DNA of 64,000 nucleotides from Eledone cirrhosa. Lineage: Eukaryota. The notes under the pieces were generated by a model. The model was given only the letters and a program-made list of their open reading frames with translations, did not search any database and had not been told where the DNA came from. Positions 25,864 through 39,993 of the stretch are shown here, piece after piece. How positions within the stretch are numbered: position 1 is the stretch's first letter; each line of letters starts with the position of its first letter. The stretch is taken from positions 56,420,001 to 56,484,000 of the forward strand of contig OZ024743.1 of the NCBI GenBank assembly GCA_964016885.1, given 5' to 3'. A program made the position numbers and the translations under genes.

Positions 25864-26689
25864 CTTAACTGTGTTTGTGCAATTATGTAAAAAAAAAAAA
25901 AAGAGCACAATTATAATTTGACGAAAGGTTAATCAGCTTTAAATAGTAAAATATTGGTTTTAAAAAAAGACTCTCAGAAGAGCTGGACAGAAAAATGTCT
26001 TCAGAGAAGAAACCCCCTTCAAACGAGTGTTTCGACCCTTAAATACATTATGAGCCCACTTTCTCTAACCATGCTTACATTAGTCGACTCGTAATCTCTG
26101 TTTCCAGGTAAACAAACTATCATACCAGGCAACGTGACAAGAAAAATCTCGTGACTTAAATATGCCAATTAGGGATACGTGTATACTGATAAGCAAATCA
26201 GCTTATTTGGAGAAATTTTGATGTTTTAACATTATTTGATCATTAAATTCTAATCTTTTTTTGATTATATTAAGATAACAGTAATCATTATTAATGGAAA
26301 AGTTATGAATAGCTTTAAATAAACATGTAACTAGAATCTTTATAATTTTAAAATTTATACCCTTTTTAAAATATCAATTAAATACATATCCCCTCAGGTA
26401 GGTAGGAAGGTCTCTGCTTCTTTGACACCCTTTAACCTACAGGGAGTTACACGTATGTCCCTCTGGACAGTCCCAAGTAATTTCCAGTTTTGCTGATCAA
26501 TGCATTGGTACACTAAAAACACTGGTAGGCTTAGATTGAGTGTCCTAGGAAATAAAATATGTTTCTACATGTTTGAATCTAATGCGTTTTCGAAATTTCT
26601 ATGCTACCTATGTTTTCTTGTTTTGTTTGTTGCTATTTTTGTGCCAGCATACGTGCCTATCAATAATAATTTTTAGAAAAACAGTAATG

Positions 26690-26824
26690 ACTGATTACCA
26701 AAACTGATTAATTGGCAAAAAAATCTTATACCGATTAATCGGCAAAAAATTGATACCGATTAATCGGCAAAATGAACGATATGGCTAATATTTATTATCT
26801 GCCCATTATTCGGTGCAACTTTGA
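26690..26824. mobile_element. probable hAT-type transposon end fragment
   Basis: Repeated CCGATTAATCGG subterminal motifs ending in TCGGTGCAACT. Confidence 0.4.
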
Positions 26825-28100
26825 TGCGAATACATTCTCACTCAAAAAGAAAAAACAACATTCAAATTGAAAAACAAAATCGTAATATCAATGCTAATGA
26901 TAGTTATTTCGTCCAAACAAGGGTTAACAACTAGCGAACTATTCATGAACAATTATCGTCGATCAATTACAAAAGCAACTTCAAACACATGTTCTTACTC
27001 ATTTCTCATATGAAATTATGACTAAGCACGGGTTTACACCTGGAAGTTTTACGGAAACGACGTAATTCGAGAATGGAATGGGATGAACGACGTGGTCGCA
27101 GGATCAAAATGAAAGAGAAAGGCGCAGTCAAGGGAGGAACTGAAGTACATTGTGACCAACGATATATAAGGACATCTGTTAGTCTTGTCAATCCAAAGAT
27201 CCATTAACTTTTACTATTAGTTCATTTTTATTTAGTTTATTTTTTTATATAAATCCTAACGTATACAGAATGTCACACTATTTTGTTATAGTTCCTAACA
27301 TAGACAGATTATGGCATATTTTATGGGATTAGGGTTGAACCCAGTTTTAATCTGATACTATTTTAACAAACCCACAGTAATGAGCGGTAAAGTTTCATCG
27401 AACTTGGATAATCTTCAAGGTTCTTTATTCTTGATGCCGCGAAACTAGTTGATGGCGGCGTTGATAGAGTCTCATTAGACTAAACCGGTTCCCCTTCTAA
27501 TGTCAGAATTGACGGCATCGAGATACACTTACTATCTGGCTCTTAGAGGTGCTGATTAGGAAAAGGGTTTGTGATCTTTAAGATTAATGTGGAGGTTCAG
27601 GAAGCGGTCCACGTAAGCTGCAATTTTTAAGATGGTGGTTAGCTCCTTCACTTCAGTGTTTGTGGAGTTGTATGTGGTGTATTTTTTTTTTTTTTTTTTT
27701 TTGTATATGATGGTAATGACGGTAGAACGGTTTCATTTGTGTATAGCTGTATTGTTTCATGTATGTTCCTTGATTTGTCAGTGGAGATGTGTACATTAGG
27801 GGATTACATACATTATTGTTAGTTTTACTTCTTCCCTTGTATTTAAACTCCATATATTTACATTCATCTTCATTAATTTTGTTTAGATAGGCTTTCCGCG
27901 TAGCCATAGTGTGCATGTGTGTAGATAAGTAAAAAAGAAATACAATTTTGTCTAGAACTAACTATTTTATGCCAAACTCTAGAGCCTCGACACCTGGTAG
28001 ACACGGCGTGTCAAGGACATTTAAATCTGGCGACGCCCACCCCTCTCCTGGTATGAAATTAATCACTTTCTTGAAGAAGAAGAAGAAGAAGAAGAAGAAG

Positions 28101-28131
<31 letters not shown>

Positions 28132-29651
28132 TTCAAGGAATAATTGATCGAATTTTTCTTAGATCGATTATCGTGTCTGGCATGTGAATCTTCTAACTAA
28201 ATTCCTCTTCATGAGTTCAATTAGTCTTTCGTATCTTGAATGGGAAGTTTTCTATCAGATCACACCAACCCATTATATTGTCAAGAGAGCAAATCTCTTC
28301 TACTATTAAAAAGAATTCCAGTTTTTGTTTTTTTGTTTTTTTTGTTTTGTGTTTTTTTTCTTTTTCAATACTCAAAATATTGAATTCCAACTTTTTTTTT
28401 AAAATGTGCATCGAACAAAAATACCACATTGCAATTTGTTCCACCCAAATTGCAGAACATTCCATTTTCACACACGCCTTCATGTGAAGACACATCATGA
28501 CTATGTGATTAGCAAGCTCGACTCACGATCGTAAGGTGGACAGTTTGATCCCTGGCAGTGCGTTGTATCCTAGAGTAAGACTCATTATTTCACGTTTCTC
28601 TAGTCCAAAATGGGTTGTAACAAGGCTAGTATTATGAGGGCAGAGCCCAATTGAGTGTTATATTGCAATGTATTATTGTATGTACTTGACGAACCAGGGG
28701 CTACGGTGCCCAACTGAGAGCAATTGGTCCAATTGGTTAGGTCCGCCTCTGGTTACACCTGTAATTCAAAGACACTGTCGTGCTGAATTTTCCTGAAAAC
28801 TAAGTTACGGGTACGCGTTTCTGTGAAACGCTCAGCTACATACACGTTAATTTCACAAGCAAAATATTTTATTGATCGAACTACTGGAACATTCGTCGAC
28901 GAAACCGACGAAGATCCATTACGCGCGCGCGACCTCTACTGAAATGAAGTAAATCAGTGATTGGTCCGCTGGAAATCTATAACCTACGACGCTAAAGTAC
29001 CCGATATAAATCATAGATTGATAATCAAACATCGAAAAAGAGATGTTATGATTATAACTCATTCATAACATTGTTTATAGAAATAACTTTAGATTTAGAC
29101 ATTCAAGAAAAGATATTGTGTAACAACCATCCGAAAGAAAAGCAATCATTGTTCTTGAAAACCAACACGATTATAGGTCATTTGAAGCGTTGAAGAATAT
29201 ATAGAATTTACAATCATACCATCTGTTTGATATAAATTAATTCAATGTTTATGTCTGCGAGCTATCAACAGATTTCTATTGATACCTCGCATACCTAAAT
29301 ATTGAATTGATTCATATCAAACGGTCAGTGTGTTTGTAAATTGTAAATTCTATATATTTTTCAATACTTCAAATATATTTTCAGTTCTAATGAAAACACA
29401 AGAATGTTTTGTAGAAGATATTTCCCCAGTTACTTAACAGCAACTAACTTTCTATTTTAATCGCTTTCTTCAGTCACCTAGAATAATTGAAATAACTACA
29501 ATTCTTCTGGAAGCGATGCAGTACAGTGCACTGGACACGGAGTAAATTCCGTAATGAAACAAAATCTTAGTTTTAATTCAATTCCATTCATATTGTATGT
29601 ATGGATCCGTAACACCTGGGGAAGTCGGAGGAGCGACGCATTGACTTACGG

Positions 29652-30875
29652 CCACCACCACCACCACCACCACCAGCAATACCAACATCACCACCACCAC
29701 CACCTCCACCAGCAATACCAACATCACCACCACCACCACCACACCACCAGCAATACCAACATCACCACCACCACCACCAGCAATACCAACATCACCACCA
29801 CCACCACCACCACCACCAGCAATACCAACATCACCACCACCACCACCACCACCACCAGCAATACCAACATCACCACCACCACCACCACCACCACCACCAC
29901 CAGCAATACCAACATCACCACCACCACCACCACCACCAGCAATATCAACATCACCACCAACACCACCACCACCAGCAATACCAACATCACCACCACCACC
30001 ACCACCACCACCAGCAATACCAACATCACCACCACCACCAGCAATACCAACATCACCACCACCACCAGCAATACCAACATCACCACCACCACCAGCAATA
30101 CCAACATCACCACCACCACCAGCAATACCAACATCACCACCACCACCACCACCACCACCACCACCAGCAATACCAACATCACCACCACCACCACACCACT
30201 AGCAATACCAACATCCCCACCACCACCACCACCAGCAGCGATACCAACATCACCACCACCACCAGCAATACCACCATCACCACCACCACCACCACCAGCA
30301 ATACCAACATCACCACCACCACCACCACCAGCAGCAATACCAACATCACCACCACCACCAGCAATACCACCACCAACACCACCACCACCACCAGCAATAC
30401 CAACATCACCACCACCACCACCACCACCACCAGCAATACCAACATCACCACCACCAGCAATACCAACATCACCACCACCACCACCACCACCACCAGCAAT
30501 ACCAACATCACCACCACCACCACCACCACCACCAGCAATACCAACATCACCACCACCACCACCACCACCACCACCACCACCAGCAATACCAACATCACCA
30601 CCACCACCAGCAATACCAACATCACCACCACCACCACCACCACCACCACCAGCAATACCAACATCACCACCACCACCAGCAATACCAACATCACCACCAC
30701 CACCACCACCAGCAATACCAACGTCACCACCAGCAATACCAACATCACCACCACCACCACCACCAGCAATACCAACATCACCACCACCACCACCACCAGC
30801 AATACCAACATCACCACCACCACCACCACCAGCAATACCAACATCACCACCACCACCACCACCAACAATACCAAT
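29652..30875. repeat. compound minisatellite (CAC)n-CAGCAATACCAACAT
   Basis: More than 30 copies of CAGCAATACCAACAT separated by variable CAC runs. Confidence 0.92.
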
Positions 30876-30964
30876 ATGTATCAAACCAGTTACGATCTCA
30901 CGAGGATTATTTATGATCTATTGACGAATGATATATTAATTAGATCACAATTAATACATCATTC

Positions 30965-32230
30965 AATTTCTAGTATAGACACAACGACAGTAATTTGGGA
31001 GGTGGGGAAAGTCGATTAAATCGACCCTAGTACATTACTGGTACTTTATTTTATCGACCCCTTAAAGATGAAAGGCAAAGTTAACCTCGGTAGGATTTGA
31101 ACTCAGAACGTAAAGTGAGGAGACATAACTATGCCGCGAAGCAAGGTGTCCGACGCTCTACCGATTTTACTAATCCATGGAAATTCATTTGATGACTTTG
31201 CCTTTCATCCTTACGGGGTCGATAAAATAAAGTACCAGTAATGCACTGGGTAATTGCTGGCCTTGTGCCTAAAGTAGAAACAATTATTTAACGTAGTAGA
31301 TTGTCAGAATCGGTAGAGCGTCTGACAACATACTTTGTTGCACATGGTGAGGTCCCTTTACGGTCTGAGTTCAAATCCCACCAAGGTTAGCTTTACCTTT
31401 CATCCTTACGCGGTCGATAAAATAAATCACCAGTAACACACTGGGGTCGATTTAATCGACTTGCCCCTCCCCCAAATTGTTGGCCTTGTGCCTCAATCAG
31501 AAATCATTATTATTCTCAGTTCAAATAGGGCGACAGATTGGCAGAATCGGTAGAGTGCCGGACAATATAATTTGTAACATATGTTTACACCCCTTTGCGT
31601 CTGAGTTCAAATCCCACCGAGGTTAGCTTTGCCTGTCATGCTTACGTGGTCAATAAAATAAAGTACCAGTAATGCACTGATGTTGATTTAATCGACTTTC
31701 CTTTACCCCTTGTGCCTAAAGTAGAAACAATTATTAACACGGTGAATTGGCAGTATCGGTAGAGGGTCGGACATGCTTTCCAGCATAGTTACGTCCCTTT
31801 ACGATCTGAGTTCAAATCCCGCCGAGGTTGACTTTGCCTTTCATCCTTACGGGGTCGATAAAATAAAGTACCAGTAATACACTGGGATAATTGCTGACCT
31901 TGTGCCAAAAGTAGAAACAATTAACATGGTGAAGGCATGTGGTTTAGTAGTTAGGTTGTTCGGCACACGATTTTAATGCCATGGGTTCGATTCCTGGGTC
32001 GGGTGAAGCGTTCGGTCCTCGATCAAGGCACTTTATTTCACGTTGCTCTAGTCCACTCAATTGGAAAAAAGGGTCAAACTTCGCGACGCGCTGAATCTCC
32101 CTGAGAATTACTCTAATAATGCATGAGTTTGTTGAATGCTCCATCAGTCGGCGCGTTAATTTCACGAGCAGGCTGTTCTGTCGATCAAGCAATTGGAGAT
32201 TCATCGTTGAAGCTGACGAACGTCCAACAA
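30965..32230. mobile_element. cluster of SINEs: one minus and four plus family-A copies, then one family-B copy
   Basis: The TTTGCCTTTCATCCTTACGGGGTCGATAAAATAAAGTACC core repeats head-to-tail; a family-B head starts at 31928. Confidence 0.85.
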
Positions 32231-32265
32231 CTTTTGTCTTTAATTAATCTCTATATCCCTAATCT

Positions 32266-32670
32266 TTGATGCCACGTGCTGTGATTCGTTTCCCGCCTCC
32301 AGCCTTGTTGCTTCGCCCGCAAACCCAGGCAACTGCCGCCTGCAGTGTTGGGGCGAGGAAAATTGCTAAATACCCAGGTTTAACAGACCGCTTCCTTTTC
32401 ACGTTGGTTGCCGTCTTAGGTCCCCAAACTGTCATTTTCCTACGCAAAATCGGGAAAATGGTCGCCCGCCTAAGGAAAGAGCCCTGCGAGGTGGAGTGGC
32501 TGTAGCAGCGGGTGTCGCTGGCCGTTCTCCGTGGCAATATCTTTGTCATTTTCTTTTCATCCTTACGGGGTCGATAAAATAAAGTACCAATAATGAACTG
32601 TGTTATTGCTGGCCTTGTGCCTAAAGTAGAAACAAATATCTTTGTCATTTTATCCGCAGGACGTAACTGA
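32266..32670 (+). pseudogene. 3' fragment of a restriction-like-endonuclease non-LTR element (CRE-like), interrupted by a truncated SINE
   Basis: RKIAKYPGL...FLRKIG...EPCEVEWL*QRVSLAVLRGN matches the K..KY / QRxSxAxxRGN C-terminal signature. The SINE at 32553-32634 has a 17-bp TSD. Confidence 0.6.
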
Positions 32671-33267
32671 AAGATACTGCTCAGGTTGGGGTATAGAGTC
32701 TGTCGCCCCTTCCCTCTCTTCCCTTCCTTCGTCGTTTGATTTCTTCTTTCATTTTATTTCTTTTATTTTTTTTTTATCCTTCATTTCTTTGTTGCTTTAT
32801 ATATTTTTTCTGTAAACAAAGATAATTCACCCATTCTAAATAAAAAAATTAATCTTTTTTTTAAACCAAAGATTGCAAAATTTATTTGTATTTGAAACAA
32901 AGAACTCCAATTGTGTTTTCCACCACTCCTTTGTATCAACGAGATAAAAAATATATATATTTTTTTTTAAACAGAGATACCAATTATTTTATGGAACATA
33001 GTGGTGCAGTAGGTATTATTGCCAAGCTTAAGATAACATGTTGAAGGTGAAAGAAAGACTTTTTACAGTCACATAGTAAAGATATCGATTTATTAATGTT
33101 TACATAGTAGAATTAACTGTTCAATATAGCTGTAGAGAAAAATATTGGATATTTTATTGCTAGAAATAACTAGTTTCCAGATCTTTGATAATTTATGACA
33201 TATTTGCCATACGATTGCCTTTCTTTTATTAATATCTGAGGAAGTGTGTTTAGATCAGACTCTGTTT

Positions 33268-33530
33268 AGCATGGCCTAATGGTTAGGATCCTTGACGTAC
33301 GATCAGTCGGTTTGATTCCTGGGTGGGTCGTTGCGTTGTGTTCTTAAGTAAAATACTTTATTTGCTCTAATACACTCAGCTGAGTTGAGTACCTGCAGTA
33401 GCTGGGGAGTTAAACCTGCGGTAGACTGGTGTCCTGTCCAGGGAGAATCTTCTACTCCCAGTCACTTAACACCAAGGAATCAGGGGATAAGCACCGGCCT
33501 GATGAGCCTTCGGCTTAGAACAGACTTTTT
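33268..33530 (+). mobile_element. tRNA-derived SINE with V-domain-like segment
   Basis: Degenerate A/B boxes, then AACCTGCGGTAGACTGGTGTCCTGTCCAGGG and the tail GGATAAGCACCGGCCTGATGAGCC. Confidence 0.55.
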
Positions 33531-34233
33531 AGTAACAGTTGAATCGTCTTATTATATGGCTGTATGACATGGACATTCACACAGAGGTTTAAAAATAAGC
33601 TTGACGAATAGTACTCCTGCATTATTAATAAGGATTAGGGCGGTGGATTGGCAGTATCGGTAGAGGGTCGGACGCCATGCTTTGCAGTAAAGAGTTACAG
33701 CCCTTTCCATTCTGAGTTCAAATCCCGCCGAGGTTAACTTTGCCTTTCATCTTTATGGGGTTGATAAAATAAAGTACCAGTAATCCACTGGGTAATTGCT
33801 GGCCTTGTGCCAAAAGTAGAAACAATTACTAATGAGGATTCTTAATATCACTTGGAAGAGCCACACTCACAATACAGGACTTTGTGATGGTCTGTCAAAG
33901 TTAACTGAAAAGATTTTGATTGGCAACCCACTGTGTGAGCAGGGCAGGACATTCACCTGCTGAGACCCTAACATATATGGGATTTGAGGCCCTTTTCGAA
34001 AAGAAAATTCGGGTAAAAAAAAATATTATTATACGTGATTATTGTTTATTAATGATTACAAAATTAAATAAATTAAATTAATTACAAAATGTCCCGTTTA
34101 ACAAATTGATTTATTCCATTTGCCGCAGAGAAAACAATTACTGCCCTTAAAAATTCGCAAGTATCCAGTGTAAATATTTAAACAAAACTAAATTTGATAA
34201 TAATCTCCTTTTTATTTTTGAGGTTTGTGTTAA

Positions 34234-34465
34234 CCCTTTAGATACCAACCCGGCCAAAACTAGCTCTGGTTCAATGAAATGAAACCACTCGTTTTAAAGG
34301 TTTCTGATTCAAATTAAAATCTTCCAACATATATGTATATAAGAACTTTACATTAAGTTACTATCTTAGTAAATAAATAATTAATAATTTTAGTAAATCT
34401 CTCAAAATTCTTCATTAATTAATTAAAATAGAGTGTATTTCATTAGAAAAACGGTTATGAAAAGG
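34234..34465. mobile_element. piggyBac-like MITE
   Basis: TTAA on both flanks; degenerate TIRs CCCTTTAGATACC / GGTTATGAAAAGG. Confidence 0.55.
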
Positions 34466-34942
34466 TTAAAGAATAAAAACTAATGATAAAATACAAATAT
34501 ATATTTTTAATGATGCCTACTGAGGGTGTGTAGCCCTAAACTGTAGCTTATTTAGCTTACAAGTTCGGCACTGGGTGGGAGATATCCGTAATAAATAATC
34601 TCAAATCTTAGTGCGATGGCAGCCAACACATAAGCGGAGACAAACCACTAATTTTACTGACATACTCACGGGTCCCAAATAATAAGGGTGGCGGTTGAAA
34701 TAAGCGAGGGTGTGTGTGGAAAATCGGTAATGTTTCTAGGTTGTCTACGTAGATGTTTTTTTAAACCAAAATTAGTCATTTAGTTTACATATTGAGACCC
34801 CAACCCATCCTATTTATGTTATAACGTATGGGATTTCTAGTAACGTACTTTTTTGTCAAGTATAATGTTGTTTAGTGTATTTATGTGAATGTATGTCCGT
34901 GAGCGTTTATTTTTATAGGTTTGTGTTTGCGCGATTATAGTT

Positions 34943-35039
<97 letters not shown>

Positions 35040-35231
35040 ATTAACATATAAATAAACATGAATAATCACAGGAGATAATTTTTACAAGTGTGTAACCACA
35101 CACCGCTAGGTAGGTAACTAAATAAGGTTGACCAGAACTTCAAAAATGTCTTTCTGGCATGACACCCATAATTTTTATTTAGATTAAATTCATTTGATTT
35201 ATCTTAATTTTGGATATAGATATATATATAT

Positions 35232-35359
<128 letters not shown>

Positions 35360-35563
35360 TTTCTGAATTTGTTTAGCAAGATTCTTTATCTGAAAACGTG
35401 TGTTGAAACCGATATTGTTATACTTTGGGAGGGTCATGTTGCCAATAAGAAACACACGCACCAGCTGCTTTCACTTCAATTTATTATAAATTAAACTTAT
35501 AAATTTAGGAATTTATAAATTTCCGGTTGGTTGGTTCCACAACCAGATGATTGTTCATATATT

Positions 35564-35606
35564 GTCAAAGTTCTTTCGTCACACATTCTGTGACTTCTTC
35601 AGTGAC
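35564..35606 (-). ncRNA. minimal hammerhead (family F)
   Basis: GTCA-CTGAAGA-AGTCACAGAATGTGTGAC-GAAA-GAAC-TT-TGAC. Confidence 0.65.
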
Positions 35607-35718
35607 TGGGATTCTTTTCTTTGTTTTTGTGCCTCTCCTTTGTTCTGTCCTACGCCACCTTGTTTTTGTGTCAGGACAGAACAAAGGAGAGGCACAAAAA
35701 CAAAGAAAAGAATCCCCA

Positions 35719-35761
35719 GTCACTGAAGAGGTCACAGAATGTGTGACGAAAGAACTTTGAC
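35719..35761 (+). ncRNA. minimal hammerhead (family F)
   Basis: GTCA-CTGAAGA-GGTCACAGAATGTGTGAC-GAAA-GAAC-TT-TGAC. Confidence 0.65.
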
Positions 35762-35929
35762 AATATATGAACAATCATCTGGTTGTGGAACCAACCAACC
35801 AGCCAACCGGAAATTTATAAATTCCTAAATTTATAAATTTAATTTATAATAAATTGAAGTGAAAGCAACTGGTGCGTGTGTTTCTTATTGGCAACATGAC
35901 CCTCCCAAAGTATAACAATATATATATAT

Positions 35930-37844
35930 ATATTATTAAAAATATTAATAAATGAAAGATATTCTCATAACCAAAATATATATTTTATTATACATATTTC
36001 AAAGGTACAATGGTGTTTTAGTACGTTTTCATCAGATAAAATATATGAGAGATTGGCTATGCGACATACCGCTAAGGTTTTGATTATTCAATTCCTGTAG
36101 TGGTAGTAATTTATTTCACCAACCCTCAACATTTATATACCACAAATAATTTGACAAAGTTAGAAAAGAAGAGGACGTAAAGCAAGGTAGAAATATAGAA
36201 GGGGAGTTGAGAGGGAAGATTAGAAGAAAAAAGAAGGGAATTAAAGAAAAAAAGAAGAAAAGGGGAGATGCAGAGAGAAAAGAAGGGAAATAAAGAAAAG
36301 AAGAAAAGGGAAGATGCGGAGAGAAAGGAAGGGAAATAAAGAAACGAAGAAAAGGAAAAGGAAAGGATAAAATAAAGGGGGGAATAAAAAAACCCGTTAT
36401 ATTCAAATGCTAGACAAAATTCAAAATTTTCCATAATATTTATCAGTAAATACCGCTTGTATTGGATTACGCTTTAGTTAATTATAAGTTTATATTATAT
36501 CCAGATTATTAGGCATAGATTAATTTCTATAGCAATCAAATATTTAAGTTAGTTACAAATTTATATGCTTAAATTAATTTAATTTAATTTAGCTCATTCT
36601 AGATTATGACAATGTTTTATTATAAGGTAAGATATTCTATTAATATTATACTACAACATTAAAACAATTTATCTTTAATGCCTAATTAAATAACTATTAA
36701 ATATGTATTAAAATATATTAAAATGCATATATCCCCATCAATATATATAATATATTTTGTTCATTTATTATCTAAATTAATTCAAAATTCACTTTATGTG
36801 AAACTTCGTTATTTTTTAATTTTCATTTTTCTGTTTAAATCTAACTGTGGTTATATTTACTCTCCATAAACTTTATTTCACTTAATGAATTTACTTCAAT
36901 ACTTAATTATTCAAATATATATAGTTTAATTTTAATGATAGTCTGTGTATTATTAAACTATTAATTATTATTTATTAATCTATATTTTATATATATATTT
37001 TTCCCAAGCTAATAAAATTTACGGACACTGTAAACAAAAGAAAGATAACTCTTTTACAAAGTAAAACATTTTATAACTTAGAGGGAATCTCTTCCCTCGC
37101 GTCCAGCGATATTCTAAGAACCTTAATATACCTAGTGTATATATCTTAATTGATGTCTAATTAAATAGTGAGCTATCCTAATCAATTCGTAGGATACAAA
37201 AACTCTCAATGTGGTTATGCTATTACATATAAATATCTATAATTTTAATTTCAATTAGGCAAAATTTACATATATTCAAGGTGTTATTTGTCCTTATTTT
37301 GGGGGAAACTAGTACATTGCCTGGAAAGTCTTACCAATTGTATGATGACAACTACTAAATAATTCATTCTTTTTATTGATTAAATTGTCATAGTTTGTGA
37401 TTATGTGAAGTATTTCCTCATTACAAAGATGGCAAAATTCTGAGATTGCTGAGTTCCGGTAGGGGATAGCAATACGTAATTTTCTCCAAGATATGGAGTA
37501 TTTAATGTTATTGTCTTTTAAAGACCATACAAATTGTGAAAGTGAAGTTGAACATTTTTTATCCGGTCTATTAAAAGTATGTCTGTGATTATACCAACGT
37601 TCCTTAAATTTAGATGAAGTGGCACCTATGTAATTATATACATTACCATTTGCCTTAATGGTACATATATATACTAGATTTTTATCAAGGCAATTATTTT
37701 GTAAAGGGCATTCGGACCTATTTCTACAATTACATTTATTCTCATTGTTATTTACAGGTATTATACTATTCGCATTGCTATTTAAAGGCGTTATACTATT
37801 ATTCATGTTTAGACTATTATTATTATTATTTCTATTAATTAATA

Positions 37845-37896
<52 letters not shown>

Positions 37897-38300
37897 GCTT
37901 AGTAGAGGTTGGTTTGATTTTAGATTCTTATTATTTATTTTTGCTATATTTTGAGCAATATTCATAGTAGTTGAGTAAGAGAGTTTAACTGTATGTCTAT
38001 TGAAGATAGGGTAATATTTATGAGATCTAGGGAAGCATTTATCTAAAGCTTTAAAAAATAAATGTGCTACAGGTGTCTTAATACCTAAGGATGCTGGCGG
38101 TGCATACCAAATTATAGATCTAGTTCTTAATTTCTTCTTCGATTTATTCATCCAGTTGTGTTTATATTCATTTTAATGATGATTATTATGATTATAATTA
38201 ATTTTATTTTGATGGATTTCAGTATTTTTATCTATATACTCAATGTTATTGTTATATCCAGCATTAACTTTGTGGAAAGGGTAATAAAGGCCTGAATTAT
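35930..38300 (-). mobile_element. 5'-truncated Penelope-like element (Naiad-type): GIY-YIG ORF 37309-38151, about 1.3-kb 3' UTR and terminal hammerhead
   Basis: IIWYAPPAS, CNCRNRSECPLQNNC, LVY...YIGAT...RWYNH, CHLCNEE...LINKKNELFSSCHH. An in-frame (AAT)n tract encodes poly-Asn. Ends in (TA)n. Confidence 0.85.
35978..36046 (-). ncRNA. hammerhead with canonical CUGAUGA core
   Basis: ATATATTTTAT-CTGATGA-AAACGTAC...GTACCTTT-GAAA-TATGTA-TA-ATAAAATATAT. 11-bp stem I; same strand as the upstream PLE ORF. Confidence 0.78.
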
Positions 38301-39898
38301 ATATATAAATGTCACAGTCACTACTCTCTTTATATACTCACACGTACAATCTCTCTTTCTCGCTCTAGCAATTTTATAATATCAAAGAACAACAACATAC
38401 ACACAGGCACACCCACACAAATCAGCGTGTTGAAAACAATCCAAATCGCTTCATCTTTCTCTTTCTCTCTCTCTATATATATAGTATAGATATACCGGAA
38501 GTATTGAAATTCGAATTTTTTTAAAGAAGTGAGTCTTGAACTATGCAATAATATTTTTAATATATGTGTTACAAAATTTAGTAGATAAATTATGTAATAT
38601 TCATTCATTATTTATTCAAAGTAATCCAACTTATTTTACAAACTGGATAAAAAATTATATTCTGGATGCAGTCCCGCACTCCTTTCTTTATTATAGTTAA
38701 GATGTTAAGGGTGCACGGGACTGTGGAATGTTCAGTTATTTGCTCGTTAATTTTCAAGAGCAAGGTTATCCCGTTCATGGCATAACCGCAACACTCATCG
38801 TCGAAACCGAGTGAGGGCCTTTCTATTTCACTCTGCTTCCTTTTATTATATACAGAGCATAAGAGTGGTGGATTGGCAGTATCGGTAGCGCGTCGGACAT
38901 TATGCTTTGGAGCATAGACTTACGTCCCTTTACGTTCTGCGTTTAAATCCCGACGAGGTTAGCTTTGCCTTTCATCCTTACGAAATCGAAAAAAACACAG
39001 TACCAGTAACGCACTGGAGTCGATTTCATCGACTTTCCCCTCCCCTAAAAAAGCTGGCCTTGTGTCTAAATCAGAAATCATTATTATTACCCCTCTTTAG
39101 GGCGTTGATTTAGTAGTATCAGTAGAGCATCGGACAACATACTTCTGGCATTTAGTTACGTCCCTTAACGTTCTGAGTTCACATCTTACCGAGGTTAGCT
39201 TTTCCTTTCATCTTTACGTGATCGAAAAATAAAGTACCAGTAATGCACTGGGGTCAATTCAATCGACTTCCCCTCCCCAGAAATTGCTGCCATTGTACCT
39301 AAATCAAAAACCATTATATACAGGGCATGCAGTAAAATATATATGTTGCTATTAAATCTTATACTATAGAGAAAGGATAGCGTTCACTTTCTGATGGATG
39401 TTTCGCCATTGTCAACTGAAATTGATTCTTTTCGCGTCGTTTACTAAGTTGAAGTTGATATTGTCTCAGGAGTTAGGGTTGACAATCTGATTGGTCCATA
39501 AATTTGACACTTTATTGTTGTTGTTGTCACTTACAACAGATAGCATTCAGCGTTTCCTGGTAAAGTCAAACAGCACCGAACAAAATAAATATACGTGAAA
39601 TAATATGAATTTCTGCCTACGAGCGCCTGAGTGCGCGCGTGTGTGAGTTTCATGTATGTGTATGAATAATATAATACACAGTGTTGATTCGTTGGTTGGT
39701 TGGTTGGCTGGCTGGATGGTTCGATTTCAGATGACACTCTTGAGAACGTATATATATAGAGAGGGGGATAGAGGGAGAACTAACATATGGGTTGAAGAAG
39801 GAGTATACGTACTGACCAAAGTAACAAGTAAATAATGTGTGAGTTTGAGAGAGGGAGAGAGGGTGAGATAGAGAGAGAGAGAAGAATGCTGGAGGCAC

Positions 39899-39993
<95 letters not shown>

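Larger units (their letters stand above)
35412..35921. mobile_element. head-to-head inverted PLE-type 3' ends (family F), arms of about 240 bp, 21-nt spacer
   Basis: Left arm is the reverse complement of the right arm (small indels). Same family at 49720-50178 and 60101-60366. All intact 3' ends stop at CCCAAAGTATAACAA, the plus-strand ones running into TA repeats. Confidence 0.88.

Noticed and set aside
29554-30924. 456-aa His/Thr/Pro-rich ORF and its antisense Gly/Val-rich ORFs
   Set aside because: Stop-free minisatellite read in shifting frames and open on both strands. No domain or other coding support.
33485-33525. CTGATGAGCCTTCGGC as a hammerhead
   Set aside because: No GAAA, stem III or stem I closure. 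It is a SINE tail.
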